DNA from: Candidatus Levyibacteriota bacterium
Lineage (GTDB): Bacteria; Patescibacteriota; Microgenomatia; Levybacterales; UBA12049
Length of the DNA: 64,000 bases
Assembly: GCA_963790825.1 (NCBI GenBank)
Contig: CAWBPM010000003.1
Coordinates: 253,681 to 317,680, forward strand
Direction of reading: 5' to 3'
Shown: positions 31,769 through 42,119 of the stretch, in pieces
Layout: each line of letters starts with the position of its first letter
Numbering within the stretch: the stretch's first letter is position 1
Translations under genes and position numbers: made by a program
The notes under the pieces: generated by a model
Database searches by the model: none
What the model saw: the letters and a program-made list of their open reading frames with translations, nothing else
What the model was told of the DNA's origin: nothing

Positions 31769-33987
31769 GCGATGCACTAGCACCAGCAGAAATTGGAGCT
31801 GTTCCAAGACCTGAGGCAGTTAATCCGCCAGTAGCAGGTGAGGTAAAAACCGACGCCGGATCAGTTGCCGCAGCAAACCAGGCAAGATTGGGAATTGGAC
31901 AGGTTAGTGGCATACGCGAAGCATTTTGGAAAATACCCGGTGTTCTACGAAGAGTATCGCGGAGAGAACAAACTCAACCTGGAAATTCTGCAAGTTCTGA
32001 TATGGAGCCGACATCTACTTCTGAACTTCATTTACCTATTCAGCAGACAACGCAACTTGCACAAGAGCGTTTAGCAGAATTGCGGCAGCAAAAAGTAGCA
32101 GAATATGGAGATTATGGCGCACCAAAGCCGAACAATAGTGAAACATCGGAAGTCGCTTCTCCTGACAGCGCCGGGCAGGATCAAGAACAAATTGAACCAG
32201 CCGATTCTTCAGCAGAACCACCTGTTGCAGGAGATGCTGCACCGTCGGATCAAGAACATGTTGAACTAGCAGGCTCCCCAAGTGAACCACTTGTGGCAGA
32301 ATCACCTGCATCAGGGGAACCGGCCCAAGCACATGGAGAACCGAGCGCTCCGGTAGTAGAGCCAGCCGTTATTCCGGATCAACAAACTGCTCGTCAATCT
32401 CGCTTCGGAAAACTTGCTACAAATATTAGGGGTGTATTTAGAGGATCACATAAAAACAATACATATAATTCTGACAAACCCCCTCTTCCGCCTTCTCATG
32501 AAGGACAAACCATTAACGCAAGAATGGATCATGCTCGGGATAATCCGAGTGGAACTGATATTTCAAATGAAGGGTTACTTATTAATAAGGGTATGCCAGA
32601 GTTCACAGACGAGCAGAGAGCAAAATGGGAAGGAGAACTGGTCGATGCGCCGCAACCGAAATACAAAGTACAGATGAAAGATGGAGAGCCGGTTAAGGAT
32701 GAAGATGGCACCCTTGTTTTGGAGAAAGATGAGAATGGTAATTTTGTTATGGAAACGGACGAGCGGGGTAATCCGGTTTGGCGAAGAGATGAAAGTGGTA
32801 ATGTAATCATGGAAAAAGTATCGCCTCTTGTCAGGTTACAAAGAATGTCCCCTGTCTTAAAAACGGAACCACCAGCTGGAGCAGTAGCTACTGAAGCAGC
32901 AGCAGCCCCAAGAGGAGTTCAAGAACCTCCTGCAGTCGGCGAACAAACAGATATAACTCCACAACCAAGTTCTGAAGAAGCAGATGTTTCATCAACCGTA
33001 GAGCCGGTACAACCGGTAAGTCCAGAGGTTGCCGCTCAGCCTTTAGCAGCAAGCGATGAAGAGCATCCAGAAGATCCTGCTATTACAACTCCTGTAGTTT
33101 CAGCGCCCGGTGAGCAAGATGTCGCTCAACAACCAGTTGCTGGTGCTCCTGAAACAGGAGATATTCATGTTGATGATCAAGATGTTGTTGGAACAAATCA
33201 AAATCTTACTGCTGATATGGGTGAAGCTGCTGGCCAAGGACTTGCAGAGGATGAATCTCCAGGACTTGGGGATGTAAATCAAGCGGATAGAGACAGAGCG
33301 CAAGAAGCAGCTGATAACAGTCAGCAACCAGAACAAGATTCTCGTGCGCAAGAGATCCAGGCTTTACATGACAGAATCTTAAGTCTCGAGCAAACATTAC
33401 AGCAGGCGTCAAATCAGTTTGGAGAACTAAAAGTTGGAATCGCTCAAAGAGATGAGGCAATTACCGCGTTGCATAATCGGATATCTGCATTGGAGAAACA
33501 AATGAAGCCACAAGACGGAGAGCCAACCACCACCGAATCATCAGAGCCCGAAGCTGCATCTTCTTCTAATGGTCACACAGTTACCACATTAGAAGATCTT
33601 GGCCCCGTAGTTACAGTAAGTGGAACTACTGAGCCTTCTGCTCCCGCTGCTGCAAGAGAAAATGGTGCTGTTTCAGGTAGAGAAAGTGAAACGCCGGCAG
33701 AAATGACTGTCGGGCAGCAACTTGATTCGGAACTTGGGAAGTATCCTGACATGGCGAAAGCATTGGCAGAAGCGATGAAGAATCCGACAGAAGAAAATAT
33801 GAAAAAGTTTAGTGAAGAACTTATGAAGGCATTAGGCGGAACCAAAACTGAAGGTGGAACAAGTGAGGAAGCATTAAATGCTAAAAAGGATTCAAGATTC
33901 CTTTTCCTTCTCAAACTTCTGATGGAAGGAGCTGCAGTCGGATTATTTGGCGCAATAACATCTACAGCTCAGCAAAAACAGAGATGA
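31765..33987 (+). CDS. Acidic low-complexity protein with DExG repeats, coiled coil and C-terminal hydrophobic segment
   Basis: 740-aa E/P/A/Q-rich ORF containing KDEDG/KDENG/TDERG/RDESG repeats. Confidence 0.75.
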   Translation: MSDALAPAEIGAVPRPEAVNPPVAGEVKTDAGSVAAANQARLGIGQVSGIREAFWKIPGVLRRVSRREQTQPGNSASSDMEPTSTSELHLPIQQTTQLAQERLAELRQQKVAEYGDYGAPKPNNSETSEVASPDSAGQDQEQIEPADSSAEPPVAGDAAPSDQEHVELAGSPSEPLVAESPASGEPAQAHGEPSAPVVEPAVIPDQQTARQSRFGKLATNIRGVFRGSHKNNTYNSDKPPLPPSHEGQTINARMDHARDNPSGTDISNEGLLINKGMPEFTDEQRAKWEGELVDAPQPKYKVQMKDGEPVKDEDGTLVLEKDENGNFVMETDERGNPVWRRDESGNVIMEKVSPLVRLQRMSPVLKTEPPAGAVATEAAAAPRGVQEPPAVGEQTDITPQPSSEEADVSSTVEPVQPVSPEVAAQPLAASDEEHPEDPAITTPVVSAPGEQDVAQQPVAGAPETGDIHVDDQDVVGTNQNLTADMGEAAGQGLAEDESPGLGDVNQADRDRAQEAADNSQQPEQDSRAQEIQALHDRILSLEQTLQQASNQFGELKVGIAQRDEAITALHNRISALEKQMKPQDGEPTTTESSEPEAASSSNGHTVTTLEDLGPVVTVSGTTEPSAPAAARENGAVSGRESETPAEMTVGQQLDSELGKYPDMAKALAEAMKNPTEENMKKFSEELMKALGGTKTEGGTSEEALNAKKDSRFLFLLKLLMEGAAVGLFGAITSTAQQKQR

Positions 33988-34033
33988 GAGTAAAGGCAAG
34001 AATTTTTAGATTTAATTTCCCGTAACTTCTCTT

Positions 34034-34441
34034 ATGCCACCTGAATCTAAAAATATATTGATTAGATCAAAAAGACAAGATAATTATGTGACGAAAAAGC
34101 GGTCGATTGTATCTCTTTTTTTTAGCATCATTATACTGGGACTTTTTCTTTTTTTGGTTTTTTTATTTCCTCCCGACCAAAAGCTTTCTCTGCCTTTTCA
34201 ATCTATTTATATTCCATCACTTCCCGTATTTTTTCTTCTCATATTTTTATTTCTCGCGACACTGATTATCTATCTTTTTCGAAGTTTGATACATGGTGTG
34301 TTAATAGGTCTTTTTGTTGTTTCTTATCTACTTCTTCGTTTAAATAATTTAACCCAGCCGTTTTTTCTTTTAATTTTAGCTTTAATGTTTTTGCTTCTTG
34401 AATTTTTGTTCTATCAGAAAAAGAAACAAACACCCAGGTAG
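34034..34441 (+). CDS. Small 4-TM membrane protein
   Basis: Highly hydrophobic ORF. Confidence 0.7.
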   Translation: MPPESKNILIRSKRQDNYVTKKRSIVSLFFSIIILGLFLFLVFLFPPDQKLSLPFQSIYIPSLPVFFLLIFLFLATLIIYLFRSLIHGVLIGLFVVSYLLLRLNNLTQPFFLLILALMFLLLEFLFYQKKKQTPR

Positions 34442-34477
34442 CTTGGAAGAAGTTCTACTCTCTGCTACAATTGCTGC

Positions 34478-35938
34478 ATGGCAAATAAATTTTATATCAC
34501 GACAGCTATTCCCTATGTAAATGCCAAACCGCATATCGGTCATGCACTGGAATTTGTCCAGGGAGATGTCATTGCCCGGTACCAGAAGTTACTTGGCAAT
34601 GATGTTTTGTTTCTTTCAGGGGGAGACGAAAATGCACTCAAAAATGTTCAGGCAGCAGGAAACGCAGGTATGCCCGTCCAAGAATTTATCGATCAAAATA
34701 CGCAGCTGTTTGTGGATTTAGCAAAAAAACTTAACGTGCAATTTGATGTTTTTCAAAAAGGCAGTGATAGGGAACATCATTTTCCCTCGTCGCAAAAACT
34801 TTGGGAATTATGCATTCAAAACGGCGATATTTATAAAAAGAAATACAAGGGATTGTATTGTGTCGGTTGTGAACTTTTCTATACGAAAGGTGAACTGGAT
34901 GAAAACGGAGAATGCTTTGAACATTCCGGCAAGCCGCTTGAAGAAGTTGAAGAAGAAAATTATTTTTTCCGTCTTTCAAAATATACGGATCAAATTCTTA
35001 AGCTACTAGAAACAAATATGCTGGAAATTGTCCCTGATTTTCGCAGAAACGAAGTGTTGGCGTTTGTAAAAAAAGGACTTTCGGATATCAGTATTTCGCG
35101 TTCGAATGAAAGGGCGAAGAATTGGGGAGTTCCGGTTCCAGGTGATGACTCACAACGGCTTTATGTTTGGTTTGATGCGCTAAATATTTACCAAAGCGGT
35201 GTTGGATTTGGCTGGAACGGAGAAAAATATAAAAAATGGTGGCCTGCAGATTTACATGTGATTGGAAAAGGCATCATCAGGTTTCATGCAGTGTATTGGC
35301 CTGCATTTTTACTTTCTGCTCATTTGGAACTGCCGAAAAAACTTTTCGTGCATGAATATTTCACTGTGAACGGTCAAAAAATGTCCAAAACACTGGGAAA
35401 TGTTTTTGATCCGTTACCTCTTCTTGAGAAATATGGCGCTGATCCCCTGCGTTATTACTGTTTAGCTAAGATTTCCCCTTTTCAGGACGGCGATTTCTCA
35501 GAAGAAAAATTTATTGAGAGCTATAATGCCGACCTGGCAAATGGGCTGGGTAATTTGGTTGCCCGCGTTGCCAAACTGTGCGAAAAGTATGATATAGATA
35601 CGACTGGTATTATGAGCCATGCTACAAAAACAAAATTATTTGATGAAAAAATAAAACCACTGCTTGAAGACTTTCGTTTTAATTACGCATTAGATATTAT
35701 TTGGGATTCTATTAAAACTTTGGATCAATATATCAATCAGGAGAAACCCTGGCAGCAGGAATTAGATACAGCAACAAAAACATTGAGTAATATTATTATT
35801 GGAACCGGTTCAGTTGCTTCATTACTTGAAATTGCTTATGGCTTGCAACCATTTATGCCGGAGACTGCAGAAAAAATCTTAGAGCAATTTAAAGGAGCGA
35901 AAATTAAAGCTGAAAAACCGTTATTCCCCAGAATTTAA
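34478..35938 (+). CDS. metG: Methionine--tRNA ligase
   Basis: HIGH, YVWFDAL and KMSKT motifs. Confidence 0.96.
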   Translation: MANKFYITTAIPYVNAKPHIGHALEFVQGDVIARYQKLLGNDVLFLSGGDENALKNVQAAGNAGMPVQEFIDQNTQLFVDLAKKLNVQFDVFQKGSDREHHFPSSQKLWELCIQNGDIYKKKYKGLYCVGCELFYTKGELDENGECFEHSGKPLEEVEEENYFFRLSKYTDQILKLLETNMLEIVPDFRRNEVLAFVKKGLSDISISRSNERAKNWGVPVPGDDSQRLYVWFDALNIYQSGVGFGWNGEKYKKWWPADLHVIGKGIIRFHAVYWPAFLLSAHLELPKKLFVHEYFTVNGQKMSKTLGNVFDPLPLLEKYGADPLRYYCLAKISPFQDGDFSEEKFIESYNADLANGLGNLVARVAKLCEKYDIDTTGIMSHATKTKLFDEKIKPLLEDFRFNYALDIIWDSIKTLDQYINQEKPWQQELDTATKTLSNIIIGTGSVASLLEIAYGLQPFMPETAEKILEQFKGAKIKAEKPLFPRI

Positions 35939-35955
35939 GAGAATATAATACGTTT

Positions 35956-36774
35956 ATGATTGATGTGCATTGTCATTTGAATTTCCAGGCGTTTGAAAAA
36001 GATGTAGACGTCGTAATCAAACGCGCATTCGCAAAAGGAGTAACAAAAATTGTTAATGTCGGGACCAAATTGGATTCGAGTAGAGCTGCTGTGGATTTGG
36101 CTGACAAATATGAAAATTTGTATGCAATTGTCGGTGTGCATCCGCATCATGCCGACAAGATAACACTCGAAAGTGATTGGCTGAAAGAACTGGAAGAAAT
36201 CGCCAAGCATGCGAAAGTCTTAGGGATCGGCGAAATCGGTATGGATTACTACAGTTACTCTTCTAACGGCATTGTTAACCCAAAGCTGCAAAGAGAAACA
36301 TTTGAAGCGCAAATCGAACTGGCGCACCGGCTCGGCCTTCCGTTGCAAATTCATCATCGACAGGTAGGGCAGGAACTTATAGATATTCTAAGTCAGCACA
36401 AAAATCTTTTACAAACTATTCCTGGTATGTTTCATTGCTTCGCGGGCAGTAAAGATTTTCTAAAACAGGCATTAAACCTGGGATTTTATATCGGTTTTGA
36501 CGGCAACAGTACCTATCCGGGACTTGCCAAAGGCGAGACAACCGAGCTTAAGGAAATCGTCAAATATACGCCGCTTGATAGGATACTGGTTGAGACGGAC
36601 AGCCCGTACCTTGCACCGATTCCTCACCGCGGAGAGAGAAATGAACCTGGTTATGTTATAATCACAGGACAATTTCTAGCAGAGTTAAAAGAAGTGCCGT
36701 TTGAAAATTTGCTAGAAGAAACTAGCAAGAACGTCTATACTGTCTTTAGCAGGATAAATAGAAACAAACTATGA
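35956..36774 (+). CDS. tatD: TatD-family DNase
   Basis: DVHCHL, GVHPH, GEIGMDY, ETDSPYL, RNEP motifs. Confidence 0.92.
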   Translation: MIDVHCHLNFQAFEKDVDVVIKRAFAKGVTKIVNVGTKLDSSRAAVDLADKYENLYAIVGVHPHHADKITLESDWLKELEEIAKHAKVLGIGEIGMDYYSYSSNGIVNPKLQRETFEAQIELAHRLGLPLQIHHRQVGQELIDILSQHKNLLQTIPGMFHCFAGSKDFLKQALNLGFYIGFDGNSTYPGLAKGETTELKEIVKYTPLDRILVETDSPYLAPIPHRGERNEPGYVIITGQFLAELKEVPFENLLEETSKNVYTVFSRINRNKL

Positions 36775-38264
36775 CAGAGTTTTTTGATCGTTTGTTTAGC
36801 AAATATCCGCGTAGAACCCGCCGCACCCTGGAACTCCTGCCGGGCATTTTGTCGTGGACACTTATTCTCTTTCCTCTTTGGGGTTCATTTTTTATACCTA
36901 CGGTACTCGCTTACTTTATTCTTTTCTTTGATGTTTATTGGTTTTATAAATCATTTTCTCTCGTCATTTTTACTTCCATTGCTACCAAAAAAATAAAAAG
37001 CGCGGAATCATTAAGTTGGTACGATAAAGCGCAAAAATTACCAGGGGTTGATAAAGTTAATCATGTTATTATTCTGCCAAACTACAATGAAAATCTTTAT
37101 AAACTGCACGCGACACTTTTTCAATTGACGAAACAAACTTTTCCCACAAAAAAGATTCATATTGTTTTAGCAATGGAAGGCAGGGAAAAAGAAGCTAAGG
37201 AAAAAGCAGAAGCATTAATTGCGGAGTTTAAGCCATTTTTCGCCAATATTTTTGCCACGTTTCACCCTGATGTCGTTGGTGAGGTAAAAGGTAAATCGTC
37301 AAATGAAGCGCATGCCGGACGGATTGTCTATGAGAAGCTGGTTGAACACGGACCGCTTGATATTAATTTTACAACTATTTCTGCAGTTGATGCCGATTCG
37401 CTTTTTGACAAACAGTATTTTTCCTATTTAACCTACTCGTTTTTAACTGATGAGAAGCGCTATAACAAATTTTGGCAGTCCGCAATCGTCTTCTATAATA
37501 ATATCTGGTCTGTTCCGGCTCCGACCCGAATTATTTCTTTCTTCGGTAGTCTTTGGCGGATCGCGCTTCTGGTCCAGGGAGACAGACTCCTCACTCATGC
37601 CACGTATTCTCTTTCGTTTAAGCTATTGAAAGACACTAATTTTTGGGATATTGACGTTATTCCTGAAGATTACCGCATCTTTTTTAAAGCATTTTATTCT
37701 CATAAAGGGCAAATCTGGGTTGAGCCGATTTTTCTTAAAACTTCTGTCGATGCCGCACTTTCTTCAGGCTACATTAATAGTTTAAAAAATAAGTATCAGC
37801 AGGAAAGACGTTGGAGCTGGGGTGTATCGGATCAGCCGCTTTTCATTAAGTGGTGGCTTACAGTTCCTGAGATGCCGTTTGTCAGAAAAACGATTCTGCT
37901 TTATGAAGTTTTCCTGGATCATCTGCTTTGGCCTGTCAACTGGTTTATTATTACCGTGGCAGCCAATGCAATGCCTATTATTAATCCTGTCTATTCGCGA
38001 ACAGCTTTGGGCTATAGTCTTCCCCGCCTGGCGGGACTCATTCTCACAACTACCGTCCTGGCTATTTTTGCTATGCTGTATCTTGACGGTAAAAATCGGG
38101 CGCAAAAAATTCCTTTACCCTGGTATCGAAAAATGCTTTTCCCGTTTGAATTTATTCTTATGCCGATCATCGGTTTTTTCCTTTCCGCGCTGCCGTCTCT
38201 CATTTCTCATACACAATTGATGTTTGGGAAACGGATGGAATATAAAGTTACCGAAAAAGTATGA
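36771..38264 (+). CDS. GT2-family membrane glycosyltransferase
   Basis: DAD, PED and QERRW motifs with flanking TM helices. Confidence 0.85.
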   Translation: MTEFFDRLFSKYPRRTRRTLELLPGILSWTLILFPLWGSFFIPTVLAYFILFFDVYWFYKSFSLVIFTSIATKKIKSAESLSWYDKAQKLPGVDKVNHVIILPNYNENLYKLHATLFQLTKQTFPTKKIHIVLAMEGREKEAKEKAEALIAEFKPFFANIFATFHPDVVGEVKGKSSNEAHAGRIVYEKLVEHGPLDINFTTISAVDADSLFDKQYFSYLTYSFLTDEKRYNKFWQSAIVFYNNIWSVPAPTRIISFFGSLWRIALLVQGDRLLTHATYSLSFKLLKDTNFWDIDVIPEDYRIFFKAFYSHKGQIWVEPIFLKTSVDAALSSGYINSLKNKYQQERRWSWGVSDQPLFIKWWLTVPEMPFVRKTILLYEVFLDHLLWPVNWFIITVAANAMPIINPVYSRTALGYSLPRLAGLILTTTVLAIFAMLYLDGKNRAQKIPLPWYRKMLFPFEFILMPIIGFFLSALPSLISHTQLMFGKRMEYKVTEKV

Positions 38265-39757
38265 AAATTCTAGCCAAGCTTGAGAAACGAATTGATGTAT
38301 GGTTTTTACTGATTGCTTCTTTTTTATTTTTTCTTCTCCGCTTTCCCTCGCTTTTTGAACCCTATTGGTATGGAGATGAGGGAATTTATGAAGTTATCGG
38401 GCAGGCCATAAGAGCAGGACGATTACTTTACGCGGGGATTTGGGACAACAAACCTCCTATGCTTTATATTTTCTATGCGCTTTTTGCAAGTTCCCAATTT
38501 GGCATCAGATTAGTATCTCTTCTTTTCGGAATTGGGGCAATGATTGTTTTTTTCTATTTGTCAAAAAAACTATTTTTGAGCCAGAGAATCAGCATGATAA
38601 CGACATCTGTTTTTGCTCTTCTTTTCGCACTCCCCGTTCTTGAAGGCAATATAGCCAACGCGGAAAATTTTATGCTCCTGCCGATTATTCTGGCAGCATT
38701 ACTTATTTGCACACAACAATTTAAGAATAAAAGCGAAAAATTCTCAATTCTTTTATCTGCCGGTTTTCTGGTAGGAATCGCATTTTTATTTAAAATTGTT
38801 GCAATTTTTGATTTTAGCGCTTTTTTCATCTTTCTTTTCTTTCTCAGTATTCCGGAAAAACTGTCTTTTTCGGATATAAAGCGGCACGGATTTACTTATT
38901 TGCTTTCTTTTATCGCCAGGGTCTTGCCTTTCGTTCTCGGATTTTTTCTGCCCATTCTGATAACGGTACTCTTTTTTGTCGCAAAAGGAGCTTTTTCCGA
39001 TTTTTTCCGTGCAACTTTTTCCAGTAATGTCGGTTATGTCGGTTATGGCAATAACTTTCTCTTTCCCCAAGGTCTCTTGGTATTGAAGCTTATCGCGCTG
39101 TCCGGTTTTGTATTATTCTTGTTCTACAGAAGGTCCGCTCTTTCCAAAGGAACGATATTTATTCTGCTCTGGAGTGCATTTTCACTTTTTAATCTCTTTT
39201 TTTCTCAACGACCGTATACCCATTACATGCTGGTTTTTCTCCCCTGCTTCAGCTTATCGGTTGGCTTCTTATTTCTGAGGCAAAGAATGCGTTTGATTCT
39301 AATTTTTATCCTTATTATAGTCGTTTGGCTTATCGCTACGCATTTTGATTTTTACGGAAATAAAAAGGCTGTCATGTATTATCAAAATTTTGTATCTTTC
39401 GTAACGGGTCAAAAAAGCACAGAAAAATACCAAGCGTTTTTTGATCAAAAAACGCCCCGGGATTATGAAATCGCAAGTTATCTTAAACTGTATACCCATC
39501 CTCTTGAGACGATTTTTATCTGGGGAAACAGCGCACAAATTTATGTACTCTCGGATACGTTGCCGGTGGGACGCTATACTGTGGCGTATCATATTTCGGA
39601 TCAGAAATCACGAGCAGAAACAGCAAATGATCTAATGACAAAAAAAGCAAAATATATTGTTCTACTGCCTGACGTTGGTCCGTTTCCCTTTTCTCTCAGC
39701 GGGTATACGCTAAAAACCATACTTTCGGGCAGCACTATTTATGAACGGATTTATTAG
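38261..39757 (+). CDS. GT-C (ArnT/PMT-like) glycosyltransferase
   Basis: DEGIY and WDNKPP motifs; multiple TM helices. Confidence 0.8.
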   Translation: MKILAKLEKRIDVWFLLIASFLFFLLRFPSLFEPYWYGDEGIYEVIGQAIRAGRLLYAGIWDNKPPMLYIFYALFASSQFGIRLVSLLFGIGAMIVFFYLSKKLFLSQRISMITTSVFALLFALPVLEGNIANAENFMLLPIILAALLICTQQFKNKSEKFSILLSAGFLVGIAFLFKIVAIFDFSAFFIFLFFLSIPEKLSFSDIKRHGFTYLLSFIARVLPFVLGFFLPILITVLFFVAKGAFSDFFRATFSSNVGYVGYGNNFLFPQGLLVLKLIALSGFVLFLFYRRSALSKGTIFILLWSAFSLFNLFFSQRPYTHYMLVFLPCFSLSVGFLFLRQRMRLILIFILIIVVWLIATHFDFYGNKKAVMYYQNFVSFVTGQKSTEKYQAFFDQKTPRDYEIASYLKLYTHPLETIFIWGNSAQIYVLSDTLPVGRYTVAYHISDQKSRAETANDLMTKKAKYIVLLPDVGPFPFSLSGYTLKTILSGSTIYERIY

Positions 39758-40094
39758 AACGATTGCCTCTGATAGAATTCTAAGACTTGCCAATAGTATG
39801 GCGATGTTTTTCTTGCTTGTCATGTTCGGGTTGCTATTATTTTTTTATCCGAAGCTTCCTCCCTTCGTACCTCTGTTTAACCAACTACCCTGGGGAGAAG
39901 CACGGCTTGGCAGGCAATATGAAATACTACTTCCGATTCTTATCACTGCTGTTCTTCTGCTTTTTAACATGATTGTGTCGGGTCTGACGCATGAAAAAAT
40001 GCCTTTGGTATCGCGAATTATCGCGATCACCTCTTTTCTGGTTAGTTTTCTTATGCTTATTTTTATTATCAGGACATTGCTGTTAATTCTATAA
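39741..40094 (+). CDS. Small 3-TM membrane protein (DUF1648-like)
   Basis: LPPFVPLF motif after TM1. Confidence 0.6.
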   Translation: MNGFIRTIASDRILRLANSMAMFFLLVMFGLLLFFYPKLPPFVPLFNQLPWGEARLGRQYEILLPILITAVLLLFNMIVSGLTHEKMPLVSRIIAITSFLVSFLMLIFIIRTLLLIL

Positions 40095-40095
40095 T

Positions 40096-41184
40096 ATGAC
40101 CATACCATTTTTTAGCATTCCGGTACTGTTGCCATTTTTTATTTCATTTATTATTACTACGGCGTTAACATATTTTTTAATTCCGCTGCTTAAAAAATAT
40201 GGTTTGATGGATGATCCAAAACTTCATCATCATCCGAATGTCATTCATACCATTCCCGTACCCCGGGGAGGCAGTATTCCGTTTTTCTTGGGTGCATTTA
40301 TTACTGCATTGTTTTTTTTACCGGTGAATCAAATCACTATTGCCGTATTTCTTGCCGGATTTTTAGCTCTTGCTGTCGGGGTGGTTGATGATAAATTAAA
40401 TGCACGGTCTCGAGACGTTTCTCCATATCTTCGTTTTTTTATTAATATTTTATGCGCTGTTATCGTTGTTGGAAGCGGAGTCAGTATTACCTTTATCACT
40501 AATCCATTTGGGGGAATTCTTCACTTGGATAAAATCATACTGCCTTTTCTTCCTATTCCGTTCTCGGTAATTATTTCCATAATATGGATTATCGGGGTTA
40601 TGAATATACTAAATTGGAGTAAGGGGGTAGATGGCCAGATGCCGGGAATTGTCGCAATTTCCGCAATAGTGGTCGGCATTCTAGCACTTCGCTTTACGAA
40701 TATAAACCATCTCGCTCCGATTGATGTAACGTTGTCTTTTATTATTGCAGGTTGCAGTCTGGGATTTTTAATCTTCAATTTTTATCCGCAGAAAATCATG
40801 CCGGGGTACGGCGCGACCGCAATTTATTTACTTCTGGCTGTTGTTTCTATGCTATCCAGTTCAAAATTAGCAACTGCAATTTTGGTGATGGGCGTTCCGA
40901 CAGTAGACGCATTGTTTACCATTGTCAGACGGATTTTTGCCGGAAAATCAATATTTTTTGGCGACAATAAACATCTGCATCATATTCTTCTGCGTTTGGG
41001 TTTCTCCAAAAGACAAGTAGCTGTATTTTACTGGATACTTTCAGGAATTTTAGGTATACTCTCCTTAACATTACAAAGCAAAAGTAAACTGTTCGCACTG
41101 GTCATGTTAATTGTCATAGTTTTCGGTATGTTACTTTTCTTACATTTTGTAGTAAAATATACTTGTGAAGAAACAAATACGTGA
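40096..41184 (+). CDS. WecA/TagO-type polyprenyl-phosphate sugar-1-phosphate transferase
   Basis: PVPRGG, GVVDD, N..KGVDG, FNFYP and HLHH motifs. Confidence 0.88.
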   Translation: MTIPFFSIPVLLPFFISFIITTALTYFLIPLLKKYGLMDDPKLHHHPNVIHTIPVPRGGSIPFFLGAFITALFFLPVNQITIAVFLAGFLALAVGVVDDKLNARSRDVSPYLRFFINILCAVIVVGSGVSITFITNPFGGILHLDKIILPFLPIPFSVIISIIWIIGVMNILNWSKGVDGQMPGIVAISAIVVGILALRFTNINHLAPIDVTLSFIIAGCSLGFLIFNFYPQKIMPGYGATAIYLLLAVVSMLSSSKLATAILVMGVPTVDALFTIVRRIFAGKSIFFGDNKHLHHILLRLGFSKRQVAVFYWILSGILGILSLTLQSKSKLFALVMLIVIVFGMLLFLHFVVKYTCEETNT

Positions 41185-42118
41185 TATACTCAGACTCCTT
41201 CGCCCCAGACAGTGGGTGAAAAATTTTGCTGTTTTCGCAACAATTATATTCAATGGCGGATTAACCGATATTACTGTCGTCCTCAATGTGTTCTATGGAT
41301 TTCTTATTTTTTGTGCAATATCAAGTGCAATTTACATTATCAACGATATTTTTGACATCGAGAAAGACAGACTGCATCCGTTTAAAAGATTTCGACCTTT
41401 GGCTCATAAAGATATAACAATATATTTCGCAGTGTCTCTGGCTTGCGTTTTGGGAATTGGCTCTTTATTAGGAAGCCTTGCTATTACACCGGCATTTTTT
41501 GCCATAACACTGGTATATCTTCTTTTACAATTGTCTTACTCCATGTTTCTTAAACACATTGCCGTTATTGATATTTTAGCGCTTGCCTCCGGATATATTC
41601 TCAGAGTCTATGCGGGAGAAGTAATCGGAGGGATAAAGTTCCATACGTCTGTTTGGCTTTTACTTACGGTTATCTCTCTTTCTCTCTTCTTAGCGGTCGG
41701 AAAAAGGAGACGGGAATTAACACTCGTTTCATCATCTATTGCGAATATCGCGGCAATCAGAAAAACATTATCCCATTATTCGGAGCGGTTACTGGATGTT
41801 TATTTATCTATTTTTGCAACATCTACGTTTATCTCCTATAGCCTCTTCACATTTTTAGGAAATTCCAGAAGTCTGACTGTTACAAATGATCTGTTATTAC
41901 CGGATTATCTTCCGGCTTACTTACAAAAAAAATGGCTTATGATTACCATAGTTCCTGTTGTATACGGGCTTATGCGCTATCTGCAGGATATTTATGAGAA
42001 ACATGAGGGCGAAAGTCCGGAGAGGGTGCTTTTTTCTGATAAATCGCTTCTCACGGCTATAGTGTTGTGGTTTATTTTAGTTATTTTTATTATCTACTTT
42101 ATCCAATCTGCAGTATAA
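41165..42118 (+). CDS. UbiA-family polyprenyl-phosphate phosphoribosyltransferase (DPPR-synthase-like)
   Basis: RPRQWVKN, YIINDIFD..KDRLHP.K..RP, YS..LKH, GKRR.EL and GESPE motifs. Confidence 0.85.
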   Translation: MKKQIRDILRLLRPRQWVKNFAVFATIIFNGGLTDITVVLNVFYGFLIFCAISSAIYIINDIFDIEKDRLHPFKRFRPLAHKDITIYFAVSLACVLGIGSLLGSLAITPAFFAITLVYLLLQLSYSMFLKHIAVIDILALASGYILRVYAGEVIGGIKFHTSVWLLLTVISLSLFLAVGKRRRELTLVSSSIANIAAIRKTLSHYSERLLDVYLSIFATSTFISYSLFTFLGNSRSLTVTNDLLLPDYLPAYLQKKWLMITIVPVVYGLMRYLQDIYEKHEGESPERVLFSDKSLLTAIVLWFILVIFIIYFIQSAV

Positions 42119-42119
42119 T

